DNA of 61,858 bases, filler included, from Jimgerdemannia flammicorona (taxonomy: Eukaryota): the NCBI GenBank assembly GCA_003990765.1. It is 2 parts of 2 records of this genome, joined end to end, with 100 filler letters (N's around TTAATTAATTAA, not from the genome) between each part and the next. Parts side by side here need not be neighbours in the genome. Positions count along the whole stretch, not along the records: positions 30,982 to 61,858 come from RBNJ01000421.1; 1 more part is not named here. One strand, given 5' to 3'. A program made the translations under genes and the position numbers. The number at the start of each line of letters is the position of its first letter. The first letter of the stretch is position 1. Shown here piece after piece: positions 40,058 to 53,142 of this stretch. The notes under the pieces are model-generated. The model saw only the letters and a list, made by a program, of their open reading frames with translations. It was not told the DNA's origin and did not search any database.

Positions 40058-42646
40058 GGGACTTCTTTTGCTCAAACCATTCAGAGTGAGCTAAGCCACA
40101 CAGACATCCTTTCTTGACAAGCAACACGTTTTCAAGTTTTCCTGTCATCTATACTAGTGTACAAGGTGTGGCAGAAGTCTAGCTACAGTACACAATAAGT
40201 CTCATCTGTTTCAGTGGAGTTTTCATCAGATGGCAACCTAAGGTTCATCAAGCTCTGAACGTTTGGAGAGAAGGAGGCCTGGTCTGGGTCTCTCCAAGAG
40301 TTTTGCAGTGACAGTTGGAGCAGGGGTAGAGGCAAGAGGAGTAGGTGGTCAGGGGAGGCAGGCTGGCATTGAGAGTTGGCACACGGTGATGGGGGGCAGG
40401 AGGGTGGCTACTAGGCCCATGGGGGTAGGGCAGGGGGGGCGTAGTGTTGACAGGGGTAGGAGTCAGGTTACTGGCCAGATGACGGGTCAGGTGACTGGTC
40501 AGGTGCCTGCTAGGGGCCAGGGGTTCGGAAGTGGTGTGGCTGGGACTGGTATTCCTGGGGCTGGGCCGGTGGCTGGGGTGACTACTGGAGTGTCAGAGAA
40601 CAAGAAGAAGGCAACAATGGCAGCTCGTTCTGATAAACTGGTGGTGCGTTCCTTCTTCCACAAGTCAGTGTTGATGTAGGCCATATCAGCGAATTTTTTA
40701 GGGCTGGGGATGTCTGCTATGAAGGTCTTGCAGCTAGTGGGAGAGGAGATTGCAGGGGCAGAGTCACTGAAGTTCATCCCATCAGCTGAGGTGGTTGAGA
40801 TAGGAATCATCGAGAAGGAGGAGATGGTGAAGGCCTTGGAGAAAGGGCTGGTCATCAAGAGCATCAAGGTCAGTATGGCGAGGTGCCTGAGGTGGGACCT
40901 ATGGGCAGTGCGACTGGTGATTGAAGGGCTGCCGACATTGGGGAGACAGGAGACTAAAGGAATGGTGGCAGAGGCACTGGGGGCATTTGGCGAGATGGTT
41001 GACTTCGGGTTTATGTTCTGGGAGGGGACCAAGTTGAGGAATGGCAACTGCGAGGTAATGGTGAGGCTGGAAGGCAAGGAGGCCATGGGGCAAGGGAGGG
41101 ACTGGCCAGAAGTAGTTTGTATCGGAGGGCAGGAGTGCAAAGTGTGGAGAAGGAAGGGTTCTGAACAGGAGGAGGAGGAATTGCTAGTCGCCCTAGAGGA
41201 GAGAGAGGCTGTAAAGAAATTGCAGAAGAGGAAATGAGAGGAGTTTGCCAAGGACTGGATCTGGATTCCGACTGATGGGAAGAGGAAGAGGTGGCAAAGG
41301 GCAAACTGGGAGCACCTGCAGACAGTCCTTCAGGGCTCGAAAAGGGAGGAGGAGGAAAAAGCAGAGATGGCCAAAAGTCAGATGGAAGAGGTGGAGATGG
41401 CTGAGGTGTTCTTTTCACAACTAGGGAGTGTGGAGAATTCCACTCATGTGCCAGTAACAGGGAAGTGGGCTGATAAGGAGAAGACAAATACTGGGGGCTT
41501 TGAGGAGGTTGTCGAGGTGGTACCGGAGACCCAGTTGGAGGATGTTTGCATGGCAGGAGCAGCAAATGTGCATTGGGAATGCCCAGAGGCAGGCAAAGTG
41601 GTTCGGCTGGAGAAGGGCACTGAGGAGGACAATCTGGTGGATGTGGCTTCTGATGTATCAGTGGATAGAGAGATGCTACAGGAGCTGAGTAGGACTCTGA
41701 GCCCTGCCACCCCTGGGCCCATGGTAATGACAGCAGATGACTGGTATCAGGCAGTGCTCAAGGAACTTGTGGAGGAGGATATCAAGGAAGTGGATATATT
41801 TAATAGATTGCAGGAGGCCTGGGAAGGGTTTCTCAATATGGCATTGCAGGGGCCAAAGTTAGTGATGGCGATGGTGGCAGTGATTCTGGATAATGAAGGA
41901 TATGAGGTTGATGAGGACCATATGGCTGACATCAGGAAGGTAGCATCAGAGCAAGTGGCAGTCTTTTGCAGTAGTGTAAATAGAGCTCATATCTGGAGGG
42001 CTATCTGTGAGGAATGGAAGGCTATTATTTGCAGTAGGGCTGAGAAGGTGGCAGCAAATCTGGTGGAAATTTAGACATTTATATTCATGATGATGAACAG
42101 TCTACATATATTATCACTAAATATCAATGGTTTGTGTGATGGAGTGAAGTGAAGGCATTTGTTTCGGTGGCTGAAGAACAGGAGGTATGACTTGATATTT
42201 CTGCAGGATGTTCGGGCCTATGGGGAGCAAGATTATAAGGAGTGAAGCAAGGAATGGTATGGTAGTACAGGGTGGAATGAGCAGGTGGGCATCCTGGTTG
42301 GCTTGGGGAGAGGAGAGCTGAAGGAGGTTGAGGTGTATGGTGATCGATTGGTCTGGGGGAGACTGAAAGGAGGAGTGGGCGATGGGCTTATAGTTGGCTC
42401 AGTATATCTGCCAGTGGTTGGCAGAGAGCAAAACCAATGGGTGGAAGGTTGGCTGGATTGGGAAGGCCGAGAGGAGATTGGGCTGGACATTTTGGGAGGG
42501 GACTTCAACATGGTTCGTGACAGGACACTAGATAGGTCTGATGGTGGAGTCAGCATAGCAGTTTCTACAGGGCTCTCATGATGGCTTCAAGTTGAGAAGG
42601 AAATGGGATTAGTTGATGGAGTATGACCGTCAAGGTGAGGAAACAT
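40058..42646 (+). mobile_element. diverged L1/Tx1-like LINE-F, 3'-truncated, inside LINE-E
   Basis: ORF1 remnants about 40230-42074 (LKFIP..EVVEIG, WDLWAVRLV, FWEGTKLRNG). APE start MNSLHILSLNING at 42093, LQDV, GGDFN. No RT or poly(A). Confidence 0.85.
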
Positions 42647-45600
42647 CCATGATAAAAACCTAGTAGGTCTCTCTCTCTCCTCAAGCTCCAGCCACCTCAG
42701 CCATACCACTATCCCCTTCAGCCTAACCTCTTTCTCTCTTTGTAACACTTTCTTAAGCTCCTCAACTTCCTTCTTGATCCTCCCAATACACCAGTTGGCT
42801 GCCTTCCAGTCATCTAGCACACCTGCCCATCTCTACATAAGTGCCACCAATCACTGTAAGGCCCAATCACCATCTGCTGCTGCTGAGTATACCTCCCTTT
42901 CTCTACTTCTCTCCAGTACCCCTGAGCACTTGCTTTCAACCTCTTCCAGCAGTCCCCAATCACCAGGCCCTGTTTCTGCCATTTCCCAATTTTCACAACA
43001 ATCTCCTTCTCCCAGTCTGCCTATAAAGCCCCATCTTCTAACAAAGAAGAATTCAGTAGCCAATGTCCAGGCCCATCTCTACTTCCCCCAAACCTCCTCC
43101 CTCTGAATAGACCCCAGTGATCTGACCACAGACACCAAACCACCTCCAGCATTGTCCAGACATCTGCTCCCCAGTATTCCAATATCAATATCCAGTTGAT
43201 CCTTGAGCCCAGTCCTACTGTCCAGTGAGTATAAATTCAATGATCATCCCAAAACTGTCTCTCAGAATCAACCAAAGAACTCAACCTCTCTATCTCCAAC
43301 CAAATATCCAACCTACCACTCCTGCTCCTCATTCCTCTCCTGCCATCTCTCCTGTCCAATATCTTATCTTGCACCATGTTGAAGTCACCCCCCAGGCAGT
43401 CAAACCCAACCTCACCCAAGATACTGGTCTCTTTCAAACTTTGAATCCAATTCACCCATTCCCCTCTCTCTGCTGGGCAGTAATATGACTCCACTGTCAA
43501 TGGGCTCCATCCAGGCCTCTTCTACACTCCCAACACTAGCTGAGTCCCCCAATGTCCAATGTCCCCAATGTCCCCTATCCCCTTTCGAACTAGGACACCC
43601 ACCCTCTCTGTCCACACTGCAGTCCCCCCCCATTCCTTAGTCCAATCCTGTAAGTCCACATCTACCTCACAACAGATATCCTGTAGTAAAAAGAGATCCA
43701 CATCCAGTCTCTTTAGATATCCAAATATGTACTTCCTTCTAGCTGCCCCCCATAACCCATTTATGTTTAAAGAGAATATTCTAGTTGTACTATTCATATT
43801 GAATAATGTTTGGATTTGAGACCCCAGTCCAGTATTCTATGCTCATCTCATTCCCAGCCAGATCCAAGCACTGCTCTGCTTTCAAGTCACCCTCTATGAC
43901 AGCCTGAGCATCCAATGCTTCCAAGATTTCTTAACATTCCACCCCATCCACCACCTCTATCTCCAATCAATAGTCTGTGCAGACCACTCTCCACTTCTCC
44001 AATCCCTTTCTTGAGCCCCACAAATAAGCTGTCCAGTTATTTGCAATCTCTCTAAGTTCCTCCTCTCTCTGATCATTGACATGGTATTCAACTGATTCCA
44101 AGAGAACTGCCAGGATCTCATTCTGCACCTTTCTTGGTATCTCCTCACTATAAAGGATTTCCTCCCAATACATCTCCTCCATAACCTAGAAGTTCTCACC
44201 TCCAACTCTTCTGCTACTACCCCTTCCAGAGTCTTCAACAGCTACTTCTCCTCATCCACCACCTCTGCCATACCCTGGGCAACTCGATCACCCCCCACCT
44301 CTGGGTCCACCAAAGTGCTCCTCCTCACTGACTCATCCCACTTCTCATCCAGGATATCCAGTAACTCCTCTTCACCCCCTGCCCCCTCTGGGACACTATA
44401 CTGAGAGTGTACTTCTTTGCTCATTTCCACATCTGCCTCTATACCACCCTTCCTCTCCTCTCTTTGTCCATCCTGGGCCCCATCTTAGGCCATCTCTTGT
44501 TCCCCAGCCCAGTCACTCTCATACAATCCTGCTCTCCCATCCTCTGCTCTGCCACCAGCCCAACTGCTGCCCAACTTCACAAGCAGTTCCTTCTAGATTC
44601 TCCTCCCCTGTATCTTCTCTCAGATCACCCTATCCATCCTGATCCTCTTCCCATCAATGACTTCCACAACTGTCCTGACTTCATACTCCTTCCAAGCCAA
44701 TCTCCTCCTCTCAACTGCACCAGCCAGATCCTCCAGAGCCTCAAGCAAATCTTCCTTCTCTTCCTGAGTCCCCTTCACCCTTGTGATCTTGTACTCCATC
44801 TGTCCCCACTTCAGAGTTACCAGCCAATCCCTTGTCTTCCCTGTGTTCTTCTTTCCAGCCAACCTCACCCAGATATCGACATCACCAGTCCAAAGCTCTG
44901 TACCCTCCCAGACCTTGAACCTGATGTTCAAAATCTCTCCATACTCCTTGACTGCTCCCACAATCAACTCCCTGGCCCTCTCCCTCAACACCAAAGGAAG
45001 ATCCAACACTATCAGCTGCACCACATGGGGGTCCCAGAATATGCATCTGGCCATAGGAACCACAACCCCACCCACTGTTACTCCCTTCTCCATAGCAGTC
45101 AGAAATGCTTCCTCTTTCTCAAACCCCACCTTGATCCCTTCCTTCTACTTCAAAAACTTCACCAACACTGCCTTTTTCGCCTCCTGTACCACCAGCCCCA
45201 AGATCATCCTTATAGTTACCACTAAGCCCCTGGAACACAATGTGATGGTGAATTCTGAACTTGATTTCTTAAGTAACAGTCCCGACACCATACCCATCAC
45301 CCCATCTGCCAGGTCCCCAGGCCTCATGCCCACTCTCTGTTCTGAACCAATAACTGCCATCATATCTGGATTTTTTCCAGATCCCCAGTTACAGCCCCAT
45401 CAACAGTCACATCTCCAGCCCCTACTCCACCCCCTTCCCTACCACCAGATACTCCCCTGGGCACTCCTTCCTGTCTCCCAGCAGCAGCTGTCAATGCCTT
45501 CCCTAGGCCCAGCCAACCATTTAGACCAGTGGCCATTCTCTCCATCTTGACCTTGTCAGCAAAGGTTGACCTCTCCCCTCCATATTGTCTTAGGCTGCCC

Positions 45601-45832
45601 CTCTCTCTATCACCAGTACCTCAACCAGCCATCGAGGCCCCTGGCATCCCCAAACCATCTCTCCTCCTCCCCACTTATTGCTAGCCAAAGGCACCACTGC
45701 CCCTCTGGCCAGTACACTCACCAGTGCGATTGTTGCCATCCATGTCAATAGTCATCTATCACCAAAAACATTGTAAAAAGTATTGTCTGAGTCTTGTGTC
45801 ACCTGAATGTTACTGGTGAAAGATGTGTCTTT

Positions 45833-48800
45833 TGACAGCCTTTGAGAGTAATGTACTGAACAAGAGTCTGGGAGGATGAGGCCCATTCCTGAAGTAGCTG
45901 GTCCCAAAGGAATAACTGAAGGAAGGAGCAGAGAAAGCAAGTCTTGCAGACCTAAGGATAGAGGTCTCAGTACTAGTCAAGGAAGTCAAGCCAGGAGGTC
46001 CAATGCCAGAACTTATCAATTATACAACCCAGGGGATTTGTGATAAAGTACTTACTAATAAAACTGATGGAGTTATTGCCAGACTTGCTATACCAATTCA
46101 GATGGGCTTGGAACATACAGCAGAGGTCTGATATGTGATAAAGGAAGGAAGAGAGGCCAAGGATTGAGCTACCAAGCAAGGGATGGCCAGAAAATCCGAC
46201 CACTTAAGTAATAGTATTATCAAAGACATATTCAGGATACTTCAACACCAGAAGCCCCATAGTAGTTATGAGACAGAAGATTCATAGAAAGGGAAGCCTG
46301 TACTCCAGCTAAGGTCTAATAAAGATATGTATGTTGGACAGCTTGATCATATGGCCAAACCCAAGAGTTTGTTCTGCCTTTGCCACATTCTGCAATATAA
46401 GGCTGACAAAGTCAAACTTTTATTAGTATATGGTATACCCAGGTATATGTAGGAGAGGGGTCATGGGCAGGGCTCTCTCTCAATCTATATAGTACAGTTG
46501 GCAGGACCAATATAACTGCACTTCTTCAGGTTGAGTTCTATACTATTTACTGAGAGCCAATCTTTATAAAAATCAATCATTCTCTGCCCTTTCATAGCAG
46601 TGCAGGAGGTAAGGGCAATATCATCAGTAAATAAAAGCCTAATGGAGAAGTTATACTCCTTAAATTGCTCATCAAAAGAGGTATCTAGAGAGTCAATGAA
46701 CATGTCAAAGAGCTAAGAAGAGAGGAGGGAGCCCTGGAAGAGGCCAAACTCAGTAGGGACTGAAGGGGTGATGAGTCTATTAACAACTATCTGATAAGAC
46801 CAGTGATTGGACAGACTATAGATAATGTTAAAGAGGGTTGCATTGGCTCCTTATTCCTCAAGTTGAGAAATATTGAGCTTGAGGGAGACTCTATTATATA
46901 TCTGCCAGAGGTCCAGAAAGACACAGTAGCCCCACCTCTTGGCCCATGTCTCATGTGAGAATAAGATATGAGAAAGAGATGAGAAGTGGGTTTAGAAGCT
47001 GTCTTGACAGTATGACATTCTGTTAGGCCACTACAGCTCTTGACATAGCCTTCCAACAGTTCAAATAGTCTACAAAATATCTTAGTGAGAGCAATAGGGT
47101 AAAACCCATCAATTATCCAGGATTCCTCCTTCTTAGGAACTGGAGTAATGATGGCAGAGTTCCAGTGGTAGAGAGTGAGTCTCCAAACCATACACATCTA
47201 AATGAAAAAGGACAATACTTTCAATAGACTACCAGGAGCATCCTTCTTACCTGCTTTTACTTGAAGGATCCAGACATACAAGGAGACAGCTCTACAGGTC
47301 TTTGTAAGGGTGTAGCTGCAGATAGCTCACTAAACTACAGGTTGGTCAAATCAAGACTGTAGCTCAAGAGTATCTATTCCAATGGAGAAGACATCCTCAG
47401 AGTCATCAATATGAAGAGAGACATTCAGTTGACTGAAAAGAGTAGTAAAATAAGCAACCACATTATTAAACACCAGAATAGCAGAGGAGTAAGATTAGAG
47501 AGAAGTAGCAGGAGTGGAGTAGTATGCTTGCTTGAAACTACAAATGACATCAGAAACTGAAGATGCACTGCAAAGAAGGTCCCACCAGGGGAGTAGTGTT
47601 GCTCTGATTTCTCTTATGTCATATGAGCCCAGAATGTTCTCACAGACAGATTGTAGACCAGAGGTCAAAAGAGAGTCAAGGGAATCATGATCTTCTACAG
47701 ATAAAAAGCTAGTGATGTGGTCCTAGACAGAGTAAATTGACCTAATAATAGTATTGCAAATGATATATGCTGATTCCTGAAAGTGAGCTTGAATGACCAG
47801 ATCAGTCAGGTACTTTGCAGAGTAGTGGCAGACACCAGCTAAGACAGCAACTGGAAAGGGAGAGAAGGCAAAGGAGACTGTAAGGAGGGAGAAGTGCTCA
47901 GTGGTGATAGGGAGAGTAGTATAGGTAAGGGACATATAGAGAGATATAGTGGTGAATGTGTGATCAACGTATATAGATCCAGTCATCTGAGTTAGGTGGT
48001 TTAAAACCCACATCATTAAGGAGGTATCAATGACCCCAAGGACCAGAGTTGATATCACCAAGCCAGATACTGAAGTACATATGTATTGATGTTACTGATC
48101 AAGAGGGCCTTACCCAGGAAGAGACCAGATATAAGATCATGGAAGCCACTAATGGGAAGAGAGGGGGGGGGTACAAACCCTGACCAAAGCCAGACTCTGG
48201 AATATGAGCTAGATATAGAAGGGGTCAGCAGAGGACTTAGAAATGAGTGGGGTGAAATGGTTTGATACAAGGACTACAAGACTACCATTCTGGTAGCTTA
48301 CAATCCTGTTTAATACTAGTGGAAAGATATATGAACAAGTAGAGAGAGATATAGCAGAATGTGCTATGTTTCACATATGAAAAGAATATTGAGAGCAGGA
48401 TCAATCAACTGACTGAGTACATGGAACTTGTTCTGAGTTTGTCCATGTGTATTGAGGAATCCAACTCTTATTGAAGGCTGGGCACATTAGTGCCAACAGT
48501 ATGAGAAGCACCTGAAGTGAAAGCCTTGGCTTCCAAATCCATTGCCATCTCCCCAGTTATGGCCACAGTACCATCTGCCTTCAAAGTAGGGCTGGCCAAC
48601 CAGGGGGCAAGAGAGAGGAGAGTGAGGTTAAGTTCTATAGCCCATGCCTTATAGAAGATCTGTATCTCAGGCCTCTTCATGATGGCATTGCCAGCCAACT
48701 GCTGGACCTGAGTATGAAAGGATTACAGTACCAATACTTTCACGGTCTCTGTGACATTCTTATTGCAGAAGAGTATAGGGTCCCAGGCTAAGAGCACTGA

Positions 48801-49636
48801 GAACTCAAGCCCCTTCATCTTCATTTGGAATACTATAATATAATAAGAGTATAGGAGGAATTCTATAGTTGATGCCAAGACATATGATATATTGAGAACT
48901 TTGGACAATATTATATAGACATCATACAAGTTCTCCTAGATCTGTCTGATCAAAAGATGGGCAAAGCTATCAATGTAAACACACTGCAGCCTAGTGCCTC
49001 TCTCAGTCAGCAATAATTGAGAGGTTGGCTTGTAGGTCATATGTGGTGACAGCAGTCCTTTCTATCTCATGGTAGGCCTGGGTCTTATCTTTGATAGAGA
49101 CCTTCTTAGTGATAGCAGTGTATGATTTGGGGGAGACTGGGGTTGAAGTGGGAGACAAAGACAGACCAACAGTACTGGGTCCAATAGACATAATCTGGGG
49201 CACTGGCCTAGGAGTCTAGAACTTGCTCTTTTTAGGGGGCATGGCTTTGGCAGCCAGAGGTGCTGCTGTGAGAGTAGTCTCTTTTAGTGGTTTCTCAGAC
49301 TATAATATGACAGCTTTAGTGATCTGCTTATTCACTCGTTTCTGGGCCTTTGACTATATATTCATAGCAGGACCAGTAGGAGGGGGGGCTGAGGACTTGG
49401 TGTGGGCAGATGTAGATGAGATAGCAGGAGTACTTCCTGAAGGAGTACTAGATAATGTGGGGGTGGTAGCTACTGAGCATACAGCAAGCTGTGCCATTAG
49501 CTAGGCATTGATCTTAGCCAGTTTGGCCACTTGAGTCAGCAGATCTGAGATCTGCTTCCTCATTGAGACCATCTCCATGACCAGATTAGAGTTGGCTGAG
49601 GGGCTGCACAACTGGCTATTGGGGTTATTGTCAAAC
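45833..49636 (-). mobile_element. telomeric-junction APE-RT non-LTR element, copy A (3' end cut by LINE-E; 5'-truncated in ORF1)
   Basis: GFLNTHG..LNILFICE (APE) near 48370-48465; YVDHTF; PVPKK..FYPIALT; FQGSLLS..FDMFIDSL..LLFTDDIAL (RT) at 46610-46745. Collinear with copies B and C. Confidence 0.88.
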
Positions 49637-49652
49637 TAGGGTTAGGGTTAGG
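49637..49652 (+). repeat. telomeric-repeat tract TAGGGTTAGGGTTAGG at the A/B junction
   Basis: Read directly; followed by CTTCAAGTAAG, the element 3' end in reverse. Confidence 0.93.
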
Positions 49653-50059
49653 CTTCAAGTAAGGATTTATTTATTATAGAGAAGATAAGATATATCAGAG
49701 CAATAAATGGCAAAGACTTCTAAGATAAGAAAAGCAAAATGAGACCAGCAAAATAAACAACTAGCTAAGAAGAACAAAGTAAAGGCCAGAGAGGTGACCA
49801 CCCTATGGATGGGCTGGATAAAACCATTTTGTCATAGCCATAAAGATAATAAATGTGAAAAGCAAAGAAGAGAGCTATAATAAAATACACAAATGCTCAG
49901 TACCAACTACAGCAACAATATCAATACCCAAACTCCAAATAACTAACATAAGATATATAACTCAATGTACACTCAACAACAAAGGAACCAACTGTGGTGA
50001 ATGAGGAGAAAGAAGAGAATAATGAAAATATATGATCACTTGATCACCAAAACATCTTC

Positions 50060-53000
50060 AGATAGAACCTGACTATAAGGTGGCCACCAGAATTACACAT
50101 ATCATTAATAGTATGGTAGGCTGTCTTATGAAGAGCATGAAGAGGGTAGATACAAAGCTCTTCCTGCAATTCATTACTGGTAAACCAATCAAGGTATTCA
50201 TCATGATTGAAATTATCTTAGAAGGTGGAATAGAAGCCATCAAGAAGACTACACCTGAGAAGATGTATATAATGAAACTTATCTCCATAGGGGCAGGAGT
50301 GAGATTGGCCAAAGTAGATATAATACTAGGTGAGGGCAGAATGGACAAGCCAAGAGGAGAAGGATAGGATACAGTTGGTACCTCGAGACCATAAATGGCC
50401 TTTGGGGGTGATATACTGAATGAGAGCCTGGGAGGAGGAGATTCCTGATACAGCTAATCTTAGAGAAATGACTGGAGGAAGGAGTAAAGTAAGCAGGTAT
50501 TGTAGACCTGAAGATGAAGGTCCCAGTACTAGTTGAGGAAGTTAAGCAAAAAGGTCTAATGCTGGAACTTGTCAATAATGGAACCTAGGGGATATGTGAC
50601 AAAGTGCTTCTAAGAGAGCTGATGGAGTTATCACCAGACTTGCTATACAAATCCAGATGGACTTAAAACATATAGTAGAGGTCTGATATATGATGAAGGA
50701 AGGAAGAGATGCCAAGGGTGGAGCTGTTAAGTAAGGGAAAGCCAGAAAACCCAACTGCCCAAGCAACAGTATCATCAAAAACCTACTCAGGTTGCTTTAA
50801 TACCTGAAGTCCCATAGTAGTTGCTAGACAGGAATCTCATAGGAGGAGAAGGTCTTATTCCAGCTGATGCCTAATAAAGGTATGTATGATGACCACCTTG
50901 ACCATTAGTAACTAGAGTAGAATACAGTTATAGTAGAACCCAAGAGTTTATTCTATCTTTACTGTATTCTGCAATGCCAGGCTGATAAAGTCAAACCCTT
51001 TATTGGTATACAGTGTGCCCTTTATTGGTATACAGTGTGCCAAGATATATGTAGGATGGTTCCAAGTGACTATAAAAAAAAAAAAAAAAAAAAAAAAATA
51101 TATATAGGATAGGGGTCATGGGCAGGGTTCTCTCTCAATCTACATGGTACAATCAGCAGAGTGAAGATAACTATACTTCTTAGGATTGAGTTCCATACCA
51201 TTCACCAAGAACCAATCTTCACAGAAGTCAATCATCCTCTACCCTTCTATAATAGTACAGGGGGTGAGGGTGATATCATCAGCAAAGAAGAGACTGAGAG
51301 AGAAGTTGTACTCCTTAAACTGCTCATCAAAGGAAGTGGCAAGAGAGTCAATGAATATGTCAAAGAGCCAAGGAGAGAGGAGGGATCCCTGGAAGAGGCC
51401 ATGCTCAGTTGGGACTGAAGGGGTGACAAGGCCATTAACAACTATCTAATAAGATAGTTATTGAAGAGGCTATAGATGATACTAAGGAGAGCTGCATCAG
51501 TACCTCATTCCTCAAGTTGAGAGAGAATGAGCTTGAGGGGGACTCTATCATATATCTACCAAAGGTTAAGAAAGATATGGTGATCCCACTCCTTGGCCCA
51601 TATCTCATGCAAAAGCAAGACATGGGAAAGAGATAAGCAGTAGGTTCGGAAGCCATTCTGGCAGTATGACATTTCTGTCAGGCCACTTTTGCTCTTGACA
51701 TATCCTTCCTAACACTGCTCAAAGAGTCTATGAAAAATCTCAGTAAGGCAATAGATTGAAACCTATCAATAATTCAAGATTTATCCTTCTTTGAAACTAG
51801 GGTATAATGGCAGAGTTCCATTAGTATGGAGTGAGCCCCCAAACCACACATATCTGGAAGAAAAAGGAAAAGGCTTTCAACAGGCTACAGGGAGTATCCT
51901 TCTTGTCTACTATCACCCAAAGGATCTAGGTATGCAATGAATCAGCCCCACAGGCCTTCATGAGGGAGTAGCTGCAAATAGCTCTCTAAACCACAGGCTT
52001 ATCAAACCCAGACTGTAGTCCAAAAGTACCCATGCTGAGGGGGAAGACATGCTCAGAGTTATTGAGATGGAGGGAAGTGTTCAGTTAACTGAAGATAGTG
52101 GTAAAATAAGCAACCACCTCATCAAAAACTGGAACAGTAGAAGAGTAAAATTAGAGGAAGGAGGGGGGGGTGGAGCAATATACTTGCTTAAAACCACAAA
52201 TGGTACCAGAGACTGAAGATGTACTGCAAAGAAGGTTCTTCTGGGGGAGGGGTGCCACCCTGATCTCTCTTGCATCATATGAGTCCAGAATGTCCTCACA
52301 GATAGACTATAGACCAGAGGTCAAAAGAGAGTTGAGGGAATCCACAAACTGCTGGCAATCTTCTACAGATCAAAAGCCAGTGATGTGCTCTTAAACAGAG
52401 TAAATGGACATGATAATGGTATTGCAAACAATATCCACTGATTCCTAAAGGTGAGCTTGAATGATCATATTGGTCAGGTATTTCACAGAGTAGTAACAGA
52501 TACCAGCTAAGGCAATAACCAGCAAGGAAGAGAAGGGGAAGGAGACAGTAAGAAGGGAAGAGTTGTCAGTGGTGACAGGGGGTATAGTATAGGTGAGGGA
52601 CATATGGAGGGATGCAGTGGCAAATATGATCAATGTGTATAGATCTAGCTACCAGGGTTAGATAGTTCAATGACCACATCATTAAGGAGGTACTGATGAC
52701 ATCTATCTGATTCAGAGGACCAGAGTTGACATCACTAAGTCAGGTACTGAAGCAAGTATTGATGTCACTGATCAAAAGGGCCATACCCAGAAAGAGGCCA
52801 GATATAAGATCACAGAAGCCACCAATGGGAAGAGAGGGGGGGGTGTAGACCCCAACCAAAGCCAAGCCCTGAAACATGAGCTGGATATGGAAGAGATTGG
52901 CAGAGGACCCAGAAATGAGTGGGGCAAAATAGTTTGACATAAGTACCATAAGACCACCATTCTGGTGACCCACAATCCTGTGCAATACTAGAGAGAAGAC

Positions 53001-53142
53001 ATGTGAATGAGCAGAGAGGATATAGTGGAATGTATCATGTTTTACATATGAAAAGTATATCAAGGGCAGGACCAATCAACTGACTGAGTATATTGAACTT
53101 GTCCTAAGTTAGTCCATATGTATTGAGGAACCTAACTCTCAT
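50060..53142 (-). pseudogene. copy B ORF2: APE endonuclease - RT - C-terminal C.(C)G..F...H...C finger
   Basis: MRVRFLNTYG..LDILFICKT, GHQNGGL, GVYTPP, SDINT, IDHI, FQGSLLSP..FADDI (51270-51395), SCPYGDKFHYIHLLRC near 50250-50300. End approximate. Confidence 0.85.
51060..51098 (+). mobile_element. ultra-truncated L1-like insertion (about 14 nt + poly(A)) in copy B
   Basis: TTCCAAGTGACTAT(A)n matches the LINE 3' terminus. Flanked by ATATATGTAGGATGG / ATATATATAGGATAG; absent from copies A and C. Confidence 0.85.

Larger units (their letters stand above)
30982..45830 (-). mobile_element. L1/Tx1-like LINE-E, hosting a MITE, hAT-1b and LINE-F; its 5' end abuts telomeric-junction element A
   Basis: Poly(T) plus ATAGTCACTTAGACT at 30982-31005. 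ORF2 pieces are collinear with LINE-A (AFADDM near 33140; MNSTTRIFSLNING at 43797). ORF1 spans about 43800-45743. The 5' end CTTTCACCAGTAACATT matches the LINE-C 5' end. Confidence 0.9.
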
